Counted from the stretch's first letter, positions 9,408 through 20,138 are shown. The stretch is DNA of 64,000 bases from Dehalococcoidales bacterium (GCA_050018395.1 JBEKAC010000001.1:6192-70191); one strand, 5' to 3'. Translations and numbers: made by a program. The notes: generated from the sequence alone by a model not told the origin.

Positions 9408-10235
9408 ATGTTAAAACAAGAAAAAATTCCCAACCGACGGAAATATAACACAATTTCCGCTGGTTCGACAACTGAAACAACTTCCCTGCGGCGGGCGACC
9501 GATATTCTCAACTGCCTCGGTAACGATATCAACACCGTCACGGATATCGCCGCTTACCTGGGATACAGCACCTCCACGGTACACCGGCTGTTGCAGAATA
9601 TGAGCAAACTCGAGTGGGCGACCCAGGATGTCAATAACCATAAATACTACCTGGGCCCGATGGTAACACAACTGGCATCAAACCAGATCGCTGCCCATAA
9701 GTATCTGATTATGCACGCGCTGCGTGAGATGACGCACCTTTCCACCATCACGCAGGAGACAATCAGCCTGGCGATTATGGTACAACTGCGTTATGTACTA
9801 TTACACGAAATTTCCAGCACCTACACTCTAAAAATAACCGAGGAAAGCAAAATATTAAGCCCGGTTTACTCCGGTGCCACATCTAAAGCGCTGCTTGCCC
9901 AGCTCGATGATAAAGAACTGAAGGCAACCTTAAAGCACGTCCGGTTCGACCGGGCCGCCGACAACCCCACGATAGATAAAAACATTCTTTCAGCCCAACT
10001 GCAGGAAATCAGGCGGCAGGGATATTGTGTGACCAGCGGTGAAAGGATTTCCGGGGGCCTGTGCATCTCCGCACCGATTAAAAATTACATTTATCCCGCC
10101 ACGTTAAACATCCTGGGGCCGGAAGAGCGCCTGAAACCAAAGGTCGACCAGTTCATCAAGGAATTGCAGGCCAGCGCCGACCGGATTTCTGAAGATATTG
10201 AGGGAGCATTTAATAACAAAGGAGGTGATGAATGA
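9408..10235 (+). CDS. IclR-family transcriptional regulator (possibly leaderless)
   Basis: N-terminal HTH STVHRLL, GATSKALLA, IRRQGY and ISAPI motifs; TGATATAAT ends 7 nt before ATG 9408. Confidence 0.9.
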   Translation: MLKQEKIPNRRKYNTISAGSTTETTSLRRATDILNCLGNDINTVTDIAAYLGYSTSTVHRLLQNMSKLEWATQDVNNHKYYLGPMVTQLASNQIAAHKYLIMHALREMTHLSTITQETISLAIMVQLRYVLLHEISSTYTLKITEESKILSPVYSGATSKALLAQLDDKELKATLKHVRFDRAADNPTIDKNILSAQLQEIRRQGYCVTSGERISGGLCISAPIKNYIYPATLNILGPEERLKPKVDQFIKELQASADRISEDIEGAFNNKGGDE

Positions 10236-10288
10236 CTTAAGTGTTTGTTATCCGTCATCATACACACAACTTTAAGGAGGAAAAAGTA

Positions 10289-11941
10289 ATGAGGAAATTC
10301 CTATTCATTTTTATTGCCGTGCTATTAATCGGTGTGATGGTACTGAGCGGATGCAGCAAATCCACTCCCACCACCTCACAGTTGCCCCCAACCTCAAAAA
10401 CGCCTTCGGCCACCCCTACGGCTACTACCCCGCCCGCCCCCAGCCCCGTCTCGGGCGGCACGCTGAGAATTATTGGCGGCGCCATTCCTAAAGACATCGG
10501 TTACCCGCCGGAATATGCCCCTAACGATTCTTTCCAGGAGCTGCCGGTCCTGGAACGTCTTTGCCAATGGGGAGATAATAAGGGCAATCTGGTTCCTATC
10601 CTGGCCACATCATGGGACGTCGATCCCACCGCCAAGACCATTACCTGGCATATAAGGCAAGGCGTAAAATTCACGGATGGTACTCTTTTAAATGCTCAGG
10701 CGGTGGATTGGAACTTACAGTTGGAAACGACTACTAGCGCTATAAGCGGTGGCCAGTTCATCCAATCAACCGAAGTCAAAGATGACTATACCCTCGTGAT
10801 GCATCTGAGCCAATTTAACTGGGTGATGGTAGAAGACTACGGTTTACTACAGGCTCTATCCCCGACAGCCTTCTTAACTGCCGGCGGCACGATTCCGTCA
10901 GGCAGTGATAATGCAACGGAAATAGCCTGGGCGCGCTCTCATGTGGTCGGGACCGGGCCCTTCACCGTCAGTGATTGGGTCAGAGATGACCATATCACTT
11001 GGGTGAAGAACCCCAACTACTGGCAGCCGGGCAAGCCGTACCTGGATTCGATAACCATGAAAGCGATTACCGACACCACGGTTGCCTCCGCTTCATTACA
11101 GGCCGGCGAAGCTGATGAGTGGATGGATACCTCTTCGGTGAATGATATCCTGACACTGGAGACAAAGGGCTTTAAAACTGTTCAGGGCCCTGGTTATTTC
11201 AACCTGTTGCTTATGAGTGATGTCGATACAGCCAGCCCGCTTAACAATATAAAAGTACGCGAGGCTATCGAGTATGCCATTGACCGGCCGACTATGGCCC
11301 AGACATTAGGGCAGGGCCTCTTTGAGCCGCTCACCCAGATGACTTGTAGTACCTCTCCCGCCTACATCCCGGGTTATGACCCGCGGCCTTACAACGTTGC
11401 CACAGCCAAACAACTCCTGTCTGACGCTGGTTATCCCAATGGCCTCACGATGAAGATTCTGGGAGCATCCGGTGGAAATACCAATGATGTGATGGCCCTG
11501 TTTAAGTACGACCTGGGCCTGGTGGGCATTACCGTTGAGCCTGACATCGCCGATCTGGGCCGCTACTTTGGCGCGATATTCGGTGGCGCTAAAGGTGGCT
11601 GGGATGGTCTTTGTTTTACGGCTTCCGGTATCAACCCGGACGCTTCGGACCTGTACGTTCACTTCGGCCCGAACCCGATGACGTTCGCCACTCCCAACAT
11701 CTTGAAAACCGATACATTCACACAACTTTGTAACGCGGGGTTGGATCCCAGCATTACGAATGCTGCTCAGGCCATGCCCAAGATGCAGGCAGCCTTTAAG
11801 CAGTGTGAAGAAGACTGCTTGTTCATTCCGATCTTCAGGAGCTATGAAGCCACCGTTGTATGGCCTTATGTACATACAGACTATCCCGCGATCCATGGCA
11901 TCATCTGGCATCCTGCTGAAGACTGGATGGAAAAACACTAA
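10289..11941 (+). CDS. ABC transporter substrate-binding lipoprotein, family 5 (DppA/OppA-like)
   Basis: Lipobox LSGC, Thr/Pro linker, RQGVKFTDG, VGTGPF, VREAIEYAIDR. Confidence 0.92.
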   Translation: MRKFLFIFIAVLLIGVMVLSGCSKSTPTTSQLPPTSKTPSATPTATTPPAPSPVSGGTLRIIGGAIPKDIGYPPEYAPNDSFQELPVLERLCQWGDNKGNLVPILATSWDVDPTAKTITWHIRQGVKFTDGTLLNAQAVDWNLQLETTTSAISGGQFIQSTEVKDDYTLVMHLSQFNWVMVEDYGLLQALSPTAFLTAGGTIPSGSDNATEIAWARSHVVGTGPFTVSDWVRDDHITWVKNPNYWQPGKPYLDSITMKAITDTTVASASLQAGEADEWMDTSSVNDILTLETKGFKTVQGPGYFNLLLMSDVDTASPLNNIKVREAIEYAIDRPTMAQTLGQGLFEPLTQMTCSTSPAYIPGYDPRPYNVATAKQLLSDAGYPNGLTMKILGASGGNTNDVMALFKYDLGLVGITVEPDIADLGRYFGAIFGGAKGGWDGLCFTASGINPDASDLYVHFGPNPMTFATPNILKTDTFTQLCNAGLDPSITNAAQAMPKMQAAFKQCEEDCLFIPIFRSYEATVVWPYVHTDYPAIHGIIWHPAEDWMEKH

Positions 11942-11964
11942 TACCTGAATACCGGGTTACCTTG

Positions 11965-12012
11965 GGCCGACTGGTCCGCTGGCATGGCAAGCCGCCGGAG
12001 GGCCAGTCGGCC
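11965..12012 (+). terminator. Intercistronic stem-loop after SBP gene
   Basis: GGCCGACTGGTCC...GGGCCAGTCGGCC; no U-tract. Confidence 0.5.
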
Positions 12013-12095
12013 GGACAAATTAGTAACTGTTCCGCCACGGACATTAAAACCGGATAAGGAATATACTTTATCAGCCTGACACCGAGGTGTAAAAA

Positions 12096-13055
12096 TTGAC
12101 AACATACATTATACGGAGAATATTACTGGCCATCATAGTGCTCATCATCGTTACACTGATTGTCTTCTTCTTGATGCGGCTATTACCCGGAGACCCTATA
12201 TTGATTTATGTCGGGCAGCAATCTTCGGTTCAGGCTATGCCGCCGCAGCAGGTTGAAGCCCTCCGGCATGAGTACGGCCTGGACCAAAATATTGCGGTTC
12301 AGTATTTTAAGTGGATTGGCGGTATTTTGCGGGGTAATTTCGGCACCTCTATTTATTATCATGAGGAAGTGAGTCATCTTTTGGCGGAACGCCTCCCGAA
12401 AACCGTGTATATCGGGTTTCTTTCTCTTGTTTTCGGAGCAATAGCCGGTATTGCTATTGGTATCTGGGCCGGCGTAAAAAGAGGTAAATGGCCGGATAAG
12501 GTAATTACGCCGCTGACATATGTGGGCATTACCATACCGGTATTCTGGTTAGGAATTTTGATGATATATGTATTCGCGCTGAAATTACACTGGCTGCCGA
12601 CCTCAGGATATACTTCACCGTTCAAAGATTTCTGGCTCAGTACCCGCCAGCTTATTATGCCGGTTTTTTGTTCCTCACTGTTTGCCATCGCAGCTAATGC
12701 ACGGCAAATGCGTTCCAGCATGCTGGAGACCATTGGTCAGGATTTCATCAGAACTGCCTGGTCCAAAGGGTTAAGCGAACGTGTTGTGGTACTGAAACAC
12801 GCATTAAAAAACAGCCTGATACCTGTGATTACACTGGTGGGGATGGGGGTCGGGGGAATACTCGGCGGGTCGGTCCTTATCGAGACCGTATTCGCTATCC
12901 CGGGCGTCGGCCGTTTGTTGGTTAGCAGTATTTTCGGCCAGGACTATGTCGTCGTTCAAGCGATTACTCTGGTTATTTCCGTCTCAATTTTAGTCATGAA
13001 TCTTCTGGTAGATTTATCATATGGTTGGCTCGATCCCAGAATTAGGTATGGATAG
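12096..13055 (+). CDS. ABC permease (DppB/OppB-like)
   Basis: PGDP, RSSMLE..QDFIRTAWSKG, HALKN, DPRIRY. Confidence 0.93.
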   Translation: MTTYIIRRILLAIIVLIIVTLIVFFLMRLLPGDPILIYVGQQSSVQAMPPQQVEALRHEYGLDQNIAVQYFKWIGGILRGNFGTSIYYHEEVSHLLAERLPKTVYIGFLSLVFGAIAGIAIGIWAGVKRGKWPDKVITPLTYVGITIPVFWLGILMIYVFALKLHWLPTSGYTSPFKDFWLSTRQLIMPVFCSSLFAIAANARQMRSSMLETIGQDFIRTAWSKGLSERVVVLKHALKNSLIPVITLVGMGVGGILGGSVLIETVFAIPGVGRLLVSSIFGQDYVVVQAITLVISVSILVMNLLVDLSYGWLDPRIRYG

Positions 13056-13063
13056 GTAAAGAT

Positions 13064-13960
13064 ATGGCAGAAGAAAAAGCCCAAACAATGGAATTTTCAG
13101 AAAACAAGAGCCGGGGCAGCGAATGGAGACGGTTCCGGCGGGTATTTTTCGCCCGCGGCGCGGTCATGGTCGGCCTGATAATATTATTAATAACATTCAT
13201 TGTAGCTATCTTCGCTCCTTTTCTAGCGCCTTACAATCCCTATACGCCCGGTGTAGCGAAGTCTCTGGCGCAACCCAGCGCCCAGCATTGGCTCGGAGCG
13301 GATTTACTGGGCAGGGATACGCTAAGCCGATTGATTTATGGTTCCAGAACGGCACTGGAGGTGGGTTTTATTGCGGTTGCCGTAGGTTCCATTATCGGTA
13401 TTACTTTGGGCATCGTTGCCGGGTATACGCGGGGAATTGTCAGCACCATCATTATGCGAGCGATGGATGCGATGATGTGTTTCCCGATGTTAATCCTTTC
13501 CCTGGTTATCGCGGCCCTGCTGGGTAACGGCATCGTTAACGTCATCATCGCCCTGAGTATTTCCTCGATACCGGGTTATGCCCGTGTGGTTTACGGGCTG
13601 ACGCTAAGTATCAAGGAAAATGATTATATCCTGGCACAAAAAGCCCTGGGTTCAGGGAGCTGGCGTACCATGCTTGGCCATATCCTGCCGAACGCCTTTC
13701 CCCCCCTGATCGTCCTTGTGACCATGCAGCTGGGCGGCCTTATCCTGGCGGAAGCCGGGCTAAGTTTCCTGGGCATCGGTATTAAACCACCCGGGGCGGC
13801 CTGGGGCGCCATGGTCAACGCCGGTTACCCATACCTGACAACAAATGTCTGGCTCTCCTTTGCCCCTGGCGTGGCCATCATGCTGGTTGTCTTTGCATTT
13901 AACATGGTCGGCGATGGCTTAAGGGACGCCCTTGATCCCAAGCTGAGGGGATTGTTATAG
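13064..13960 (+). CDS. ABC permease (DppC/OppC-like)
   Basis: HWLGAD.LGRD.LSR, EAGLSFLG, GDGLRDALDP. Confidence 0.93.
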   Translation: MAEEKAQTMEFSENKSRGSEWRRFRRVFFARGAVMVGLIILLITFIVAIFAPFLAPYNPYTPGVAKSLAQPSAQHWLGADLLGRDTLSRLIYGSRTALEVGFIAVAVGSIIGITLGIVAGYTRGIVSTIIMRAMDAMMCFPMLILSLVIAALLGNGIVNVIIALSISSIPGYARVVYGLTLSIKENDYILAQKALGSGSWRTMLGHILPNAFPPLIVLVTMQLGGLILAEAGLSFLGIGIKPPGAAWGAMVNAGYPYLTTNVWLSFAPGVAIMLVVFAFNMVGDGLRDALDPKLRGLL

Positions 13961-14024
13961 CTTAATACTTGATATTTGTCCCTCACGGTATAATTCCCAT
14001 AAATAAAAGGAACAGGAGTAAAAA

Positions 14025-15974
14025 ATGAGCACGTGGCATGAATACTTAAAAACACAGGGTCATGCACCGGACTGGCCATATCCGGTCAGCTATGACAAAG
14101 AGCAGGAGATCGATGCCGATGTCCTGGTGATTGGCGGCGGCATCGCGGGCTGCTGGGCGGCCATCGCCGCGGCCAGGCAGGGATTGAACGTGGTTCTGGC
14201 GGAAAAGGGCGATACCGTACGGAGCGGCGCCGGCGGCCCGGGCTGCGACCACTGGTGTAACGCTCCCGCCAACCCGCTGTCCAACGTTGACCCGGACGAG
14301 TGGGCGGAGCACATGGCGGACCGGCCGTATTGCAACGGCATCGGCCTCCAGATACAGTGCCGCGAAGACTGGGACACGTTGCTCGAAATGGAGCAAATAG
14401 GCGGCAAAATAAGGGATACCAAAGACGAACATAAAGGCGCACAAGGCCGGGATGAAAAGACCAAACTGATGATATCCCCGCGCTACACTAAAGTCCACAG
14501 CTACGTCCCGGATATGATCAAACCGATTACCTTCAAGAGCAATCCGGACGAAAAACTCAACAACGTGGTTATCCGGGTCTGGGGAAGCACCTTTAAGCCA
14601 GCTTTGAAAAAAGAATGCAAGCGCCTGGGGGTGAAAATCTACGACCGGGTGATGGTAACCGGCCTCCTGACGGATAAAGGCGTCCAGGGCGGCAGGGTCA
14701 TCGGGGCGTTAGGCTTCAACAATCGCACCGGCGAGTTCATGATTTTCAAAGCTAAAGCCACCATCCTGGCAGCCGCCGGAGGTGGCTCGATGTGGCTGAT
14801 CAACACCGAACTGGGCGGGTACTCTAATATGATGTCCCGGACGAGCACCGGTGACGGCACCGTCATGGCCTGGCGGGCTGGGGCCGAATTGACCAAGATG
14901 GAAGCCACCGGCATGATCGGCATTGCCACCGGCCTCAAGCACAAATGGTACACCGGCGCAGGCGACGCGAGCTATGAGAACGTCCCGCTCGTGGATGCCA
15001 ACGGCAAACGGCTCCCCCTGCCGATACAGGGGTGGGAAGATGCCGGCGCGATGATGCCCAGTATGGAAGTGGAAAAGAAAATCCGGGAAGGCATTAAGAG
15101 CGGCGAATACGCCCTGCCTTTCTACGGCGATTTCCCGGGCATGCCGGACGCCGAAAGAAAAGCCACCTGGAGACTGATGCTGGGCGAAGAGTCCACCACC
15201 AGAATTATCATCGATACTTTGAATAAGGCCGGCTATGACGAGAGCCGTGACCTGTTGCAGAGCTATAAGTACATCGAGGGCAACAGCCTGCCGCAGTGGC
15301 GCGATGCCGGGTACGGCGGTGGTATCGTCGTTGACTGGAACCTCAAGTCCAGTCTGGACGGGCTTTATGCCGCCGGCACGCAGATGTTTAGCCCGGAAGA
15401 CCACAGCTATTGCGCGGCCACCGGCAGGTACGCCGGCAGAAAAGCGGCCGCCTATGCCAGGAAGGCCGGGGCGGTCACGGTTTCCCGCGAACAAATCGAC
15501 CGCGAAAAAGTCCGTGTCTATGCCCCCACCAAGCGCACCAGCGGGATGGACTGGAAAGAGGTCCACGCCGGTATCGCCAGGGCGATGCAGTATTACGTGA
15601 GCGAGTACAAGGACGAAAATCTCCTCACCATGGGACTCGGGACGCTGCAAAAAATCGAGGCGGAAGCGGTGCCTTTAATGTATGCCATGGACCCCCACAA
15701 GCTGATGCGCAGCCTGGAAGACACCAGCCTTTTAACCTACGCCCAGATCATCATCGAGGCTTCGCTGGCGCGCAAAGCCAGCAGTATGCCGCTCAGTTTC
15801 CAGCGGATAGATTACCCCCAGTTGGACCCGCCGGATTGGAACCATTTCCTCACCATCAAACTGGTGAACGATAAGGTCAAGACCGGCAAGCTGCCGCTGA
15901 CTTTCTGGGGCGACATGAAAAAACAATACGAAGCTTACAATAAAGACTACACCGGCGTTTACAAGGTGAAATAA
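14025..15974 (+). CDS. FAD-dependent oxidoreductase, AprA/SdhA/FrdA superfamily (AprA-like)
   Basis: DVLVIGGGIAG, RSGA, TGDG, GLYAAG and C-terminal RIDYP motifs. Confidence 0.85.
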   Translation: MSTWHEYLKTQGHAPDWPYPVSYDKEQEIDADVLVIGGGIAGCWAAIAAARQGLNVVLAEKGDTVRSGAGGPGCDHWCNAPANPLSNVDPDEWAEHMADRPYCNGIGLQIQCREDWDTLLEMEQIGGKIRDTKDEHKGAQGRDEKTKLMISPRYTKVHSYVPDMIKPITFKSNPDEKLNNVVIRVWGSTFKPALKKECKRLGVKIYDRVMVTGLLTDKGVQGGRVIGALGFNNRTGEFMIFKAKATILAAAGGGSMWLINTELGGYSNMMSRTSTGDGTVMAWRAGAELTKMEATGMIGIATGLKHKWYTGAGDASYENVPLVDANGKRLPLPIQGWEDAGAMMPSMEVEKKIREGIKSGEYALPFYGDFPGMPDAERKATWRLMLGEESTTRIIIDTLNKAGYDESRDLLQSYKYIEGNSLPQWRDAGYGGGIVVDWNLKSSLDGLYAAGTQMFSPEDHSYCAATGRYAGRKAAAYARKAGAVTVSREQIDREKVRVYAPTKRTSGMDWKEVHAGIARAMQYYVSEYKDENLLTMGLGTLQKIEAEAVPLMYAMDPHKLMRSLEDTSLLTYAQIIIEASLARKASSMPLSFQRIDYPQLDPPDWNHFLTIKLVNDKVKTGKLPLTFWGDMKKQYEAYNKDYTGVYKVK

Positions 15975-16013
15975 GGAAATAATCTTTGTGAATGCTGGTT
16001 TAAGGAGAAGAAA

Positions 16014-16310
16014 ATGGCTAAAGAAAAAGTAATCGCGATGCCGAATTTAACAACGCCGAATAATCCGGTGACTTTTAACGAGGCTATCTGCAACGGGTGC
16101 AATCACTGCGTGGAAGTCTGCCAGATTGATGTGTACATCCCGAATCCCGAGAAAGGCAAACCTCCGATGATCCTGCATCCGGACGAGTGCTGGTATTGCG
16201 GCTGTTGCGTTAATGATTGTCCCCGCCCCGGCGCCATAAAATTCAACTGGGCGCTGCAGCACCGCCCCTACTGGAAGAATAAAGCCACCGGCGTAGTCCA
16301 TCAAATATAG
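16014..16310 (+). CDS. 2x[4Fe-4S] ferredoxin (AprB-like partner)
   Basis: CNGCNHCVEVC and DECWYCGCCVNDCP. Confidence 0.9.
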   Translation: MAKEKVIAMPNLTTPNNPVTFNEAICNGCNHCVEVCQIDVYIPNPEKGKPPMILHPDECWYCGCCVNDCPRPGAIKFNWALQHRPYWKNKATGVVHQI

Positions 16311-16349
16311 TATAATTTACTTTTTAAATAATCTACCGGAATAAAAGAT

Positions 16350-16386
16350 GAACGGGAGTGTGTTGCCACTCCCGTTCCCGTTTTTT
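16350..16386 (+). terminator. Intrinsic terminator
   Basis: GAACGGGAGTG-loop-CACTCCCGTTC followed by a T-tract. Confidence 0.7.
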
Positions 16387-16519
16387 CAGCTTTATTGAAT
16401 TCCCGGTGTGTCGCGATTGGTATTTGAAATATTGCCCCTCTGAATCCCATAAAAAAAGCGGAGCCTGCCTGCCTCCGTTTCCAGATGACTAAAGAGATAT
16501 TTTATCTGGCTCTGTTTTT

Positions 16520-17419
16520 TTACAAAATGCCTCTTAACCTGGGGTCGAGCGCGTCTCTTAGTCCGTCCCCTACCATGTTGAAGCCAAACACTACCAGCAT
16601 GATGGCAATGCCCGGCGCGAAGGAAAGGATGGGATTGGTGGTCAGGTACTGGTAGCCATCGCTGATCATGCCGCCCCAGGTGGAGGTGGGGTATTCGATG
16701 CCGATACCGAGATAGCTCAAACCGGCTTCGGCCAGGATCGTCGTGCCCATCATCATGGTTACCATCACCATGATCGGCGGCAGGCTGTTCGGAATGATAT
16801 GGCGCAGCATGATGCGCCAGTTCGTGGAACCCATGGATCTACCCGCCAGGACATAGTCGTTTTCTTTTATAGTGAGGACCTGACCGCACATTATCCGGGC
16901 ATATCCGGGCATCAGCGAGATACCCAGGGCCACCATGACGTTGACGAGTCCCCCGCCCAGCAGTGAGGTGATGACCAGCGCCAGCAATATCATGGGAAAC
17001 GCCATCAGCGCGTCCATGAACCTCATGATGATGGTGTAGCGCCACTTTCCAAAATATCCGGCGATCAGCCCCAGTATCATTCCGGCCACGGCCGCGATAC
17101 CGACGGCAATAACACCTACCATCAGCGCGATCCGGCTGCCGTAGATAACGCGACTTAAAACATCTCTGCCGAACGAATCCGTGCCCAGCAGGTGGGCCCC
17201 CGAAGGCGAGGCCAGTGTGTCAAGCAGGTTCTGTTTGTTCGGATTGCTTGGCGCGATAAAAGGGGCGAACGCGGCCATAATCAGGAATACGATGATAATA
17301 ACCATGCCGATCAGTACCAGTTTGCGGCTGAGAAACACGCGCGTGAAACGCCTGAATTCGTTACGGCGCGGCGGCATCTCGCTAACGGTACCCATAACCT
17401 GCTGGTTCTCTGACATCAT
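16520..17419 (-). CDS. ABC permease (DppC-like)
   Basis: HLLGTD.FGRD, EAGLSYLG, GDGLRDALDP. Confidence 0.93.
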   Translation of the reverse strand: MMSENQQVMGTVSEMPPRRNEFRRFTRVFLSRKLVLIGMVIIIVFLIMAAFAPFIAPSNPNKQNLLDTLASPSGAHLLGTDSFGRDVLSRVIYGSRIALMVGVIAVGIAAVAGMILGLIAGYFGKWRYTIIMRFMDALMAFPMILLALVITSLLGGGLVNVMVALGISLMPGYARIMCGQVLTIKENDYVLAGRSMGSTNWRIMLRHIIPNSLPPIMVMVTMMMGTTILAEAGLSYLGIGIEYPTSTWGGMISDGYQYLTTNPILSFAPGIAIMLVVFGFNMVGDGLRDALDPRLRGIL

Positions 17420-17427
17420 CCGTATCC

Positions 17428-18384
17428 TTATTCGTACCTTACTCTGGGGTCCAGCCAGCCGTAAGAAATATCTATGAGCAGGTTAACCAAAATAATGGCG
17501 GCGGCGATCACCAGGGTGATACCCTCCGTAACCTGGTAGTCCCGGTTAAGGACCGAATAAACTGCCAGCCTCCCCATGCCGGCAATATTAAAGACGTTCT
17601 CCACCAGTACCGAACCGCCGATAATCGTGCTGAGTTGCAGGCCCGCCAGAGTAAAAACCGGGATAAGGCCATTTTTCAGGGCATGTCTGAATATTACCGC
17701 TTTTTCTTTCATGCCCTTGGACCAGGCGGTGCGTATATAGTCCTGCTGCATGACCTCCAGCATGCTGGACCGGGTTTGACGCGCCGTTGACGCCAGGGGC
17801 AATATCGCCAGCGCAATCACCGGCATGATAATCTGTTTGGTGTTCAGCCAGAAGTTAGTAAACGGCGAGGTGTAGCCCATCACCGGCAGCCAATGAAGCC
17901 AAACCGCGAATACATAAATCATCATGATGCCCAGCCAGAAGGTGGGAATAGTAATGCCTAGATTAGCCAGAACCGTGACCAGATTATCCAGCCATGTACC
18001 GCGCCGTACCGCAGATATTACCCCGGCACCGATACCTAACACTTGGGACAAAAGAAAGGCCAAAATACCTAGATGCAGGGTGAGAGGTATCCTCTCCTTC
18101 ATCAGCCCTCCCACGCTAAAGTGGAATCTGATGGAGGTGCCGAAGTTGCCGTGGACTACTCCCCCCAGCCAGTCAAAGTACTGGACTGCCAAAGACTTGT
18201 CCAAGCCGTATTCATGCCGGAGTTGCTGGATTTGTTCCGGTGTGTACTGCTGGGTCTGTTCCACGGTCAGCAACAGGTAAATGGGGTCACCGGGCAGAAG
18301 ATGCATCGCCAGAAACACGATGATGCTGACCAGCAGTAGGACAAATACAGCTTGTATGCATCTGCGGATGATAAAAGTTATCAT
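17428..18384 (-). CDS. ABC permease (DppB-like)
   Basis: PGDP, RSSMLEV.QQDYIRTA, DPRVRY. Confidence 0.93.
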   Translation of the reverse strand: MITFIIRRCIQAVFVLLLVSIIVFLAMHLLPGDPIYLLLTVEQTQQYTPEQIQQLRHEYGLDKSLAVQYFDWLGGVVHGNFGTSIRFHFSVGGLMKERIPLTLHLGILAFLLSQVLGIGAGVISAVRRGTWLDNLVTVLANLGITIPTFWLGIMMIYVFAVWLHWLPVMGYTSPFTNFWLNTKQIIMPVIALAILPLASTARQTRSSMLEVMQQDYIRTAWSKGMKEKAVIFRHALKNGLIPVFTLAGLQLSTIIGGSVLVENVFNIAGMGRLAVYSVLNRDYQVTEGITLVIAAAIILVNLLIDISYGWLDPRVRYE

Positions 18385-18498
18385 GATGAAATTGTTCGAG
18401 CCTTATATTTATAGTCGCCCCGAAGATACTAATGTGCTATGATTTCCCCCGGAAAATAACTATAAATAATGCGATTAAGTGATCGTTTATGTGTCTCA

Positions 18499-18527
18499 GG
18501 GTGGGTTGAGCGCGGCTCAACCCACCC
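18499..18527. terminator. Stem-loop after SBP gene
   Basis: GGGTGGGTTGAGC-GCG-GCTCAACCCACCC, a perfect 13-bp stem. Confidence 0.6.
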
Positions 18528-18560
18528 GTTTTACACTTTGATGCCGGTTAAAGTATCAGG

Positions 18561-20138
18561 CTATTTATCCAGCCAGACCGTACCCGGCCACCAGAAAAAG
18601 GCGCTGGCATCCTTAAGGAACCCGCCGCCCTTAACGTAGGACTGGACAACCCAGGCACGCACTACGTTCCAAACCGGGATCACCATTTCATTATTGGTGA
18701 CGTAATCTACCACGGCTTTTTCCTTGGCGGGGTCATACAGCACAGACTTAGCCGCGGCATTCCAAAGGTCGATGTACTGCTGCGGAATGTCGACGCTGAC
18801 GTAAGATTTCTTATCGGGATCGATGACACCCTTCAAGGTCGAGTGCCAGTTGCTCGGGCCGGTAGGCGCCCCGTAAAGCAGGCCGCTCCAGCCGGAATTA
18901 CCGAGTTCCTGGAACTTGGCAGATTCGAGGATCTTGATGTCCGCCTTGATGCCGATTTCCGCCCACTGGTTGACAATGGCTTCGGATATCGACTTGGCCG
19001 GATCATCGTTGGTTACGTTGAAGTCAAACTCGATGCCGTTGGGATATCCCGCATCGGATAGTAACTGTTTGGCTTTAGTTTGATCGAATTTCTTTTGAGC
19101 CAGGGATGAATCGTAAGCCGCCGAGCTGGGCGGGGCATATTGATATGCCGGACCCCAGAAATTGTAGCTGAACGCCTTGGCGATTGCATCTTTATCGATG
19201 GCATATTCCAGGGCCTCGCGCACCTTTTCTTTAGACAGGGGTGAGCTGGTATCGGAGCTGCTCGGGAAATAGCCGCCAACGCCCAGGGTCCCGGTCACGG
19301 CCACCAGGCCGGCACTCACGAGATCGGCCAGGTTCTTATCCGCGCCAGAAGCCTCGCCATCAAGTTCTCCGCTCTTCAGAGCGGCGATGGCGGTCATCGG
19401 ATCGGCGATGCACTTGTAAACAAGTTTATCCAGATAGGGCATCTTGTTACCTTGATCGTCTTTCCTCCAGTAATCCGCGAACTTGGCATATTCCACCTGG
19501 GTATCGCGCTGGTAGCCGGTCTGCATGAAGGGGCCGGTCCCGACCATGTTGGCTTCGGACCAGGCCTTGCCGTTCTTGTCAAACGCGGCCTTGGAAACGA
19601 CAAAGTTGCCGCCGCCCATGGCAAACTGCGCCAGCGTGGAGTTCGTGTACTTCTTGAGGTTTACCCTCACGGTATTGGCATCGACAGCGTCCACGGAAGC
19701 CCAGTCAATGTTCGAAGGTTTGCCGGTAGGAATTTGCAGGTCAAAATTCCACTTGACGACGTTGGCATCTAGGGTCGACCCGTCATGGAACTTGACGCCT
19801 TGCCTTAACGTAAAGGTGATGGAACTGCCGTCCGTGGCAACGGTCCATTTTGTGGCCAGGAGCCCGGAGAAAGTGCCGTCAGCAGTTTCCAGAAGCAGAG
19901 GTTCGAGGGCCGGCTGCTGGAAAATAGGCTCGGCGAATCCAGCTTCCGGTGGATAGCCCAGAGGCCCGCCGGGGAAGATGGGTTCGGCCACCGTCAGGGT
20001 GCCGCCCATTTTAGGTTTTCCGGCGGGGGATGTGGTCGCCGTTGATGTCGATGTTGATTTGGAGCAGGCTGTAAGCATGCCCGTCAGCATACTGCTGAGC
20101 AATATAAGTGCCAGGATAACAAATAATAACTTTTTCAT
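18561..20138 (-). CDS. ABC substrate-binding lipoprotein, family 5
   Basis: LTAC lipobox, LRQGVKFHDG, VGTGPF, VREALEYAID. Confidence 0.92.
   Translation of the reverse strand: MKKLLFVILALILLSSMLTGMLTACSKSTSTSTATTSPAGKPKMGGTLTVAEPIFPGGPLGYPPEAGFAEPIFQQPALEPLLLETADGTFSGLLATKWTVATDGSSITFTLRQGVKFHDGSTLDANVVKWNFDLQIPTGKPSNIDWASVDAVDANTVRVNLKKYTNSTLAQFAMGGGNFVVSKAAFDKNGKAWSEANMVGTGPFMQTGYQRDTQVEYAKFADYWRKDDQGNKMPYLDKLVYKCIADPMTAIAALKSGELDGEASGADKNLADLVSAGLVAVTGTLGVGGYFPSSSDTSSPLSKEKVREALEYAIDKDAIAKAFSYNFWGPAYQYAPPSSAAYDSSLAQKKFDQTKAKQLLSDAGYPNGIEFDFNVTNDDPAKSISEAIVNQWAEIGIKADIKILESAKFQELGNSGWSGLLYGAPTGPSNWHSTLKGVIDPDKKSYVSVDIPQQYIDLWNAAAKSVLYDPAKEKAVVDYVTNNEMVIPVWNVVRAWVVQSYVKGGGFLKDASAFFWWPGTVWLDK

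Noticed and set aside
14709-15650. Long antisense ORFs (also 29995-30774, 2360-3004 and others)
   Set aside because: Shadows of well-supported genes on the opposite strand in GC-rich DNA.
14025-16310. Bona fide aprAB (sulfate reduction)
   Set aside because: The signature diverges from AprA and there is no sat/qmo/dsr context, so no symbol was assigned.
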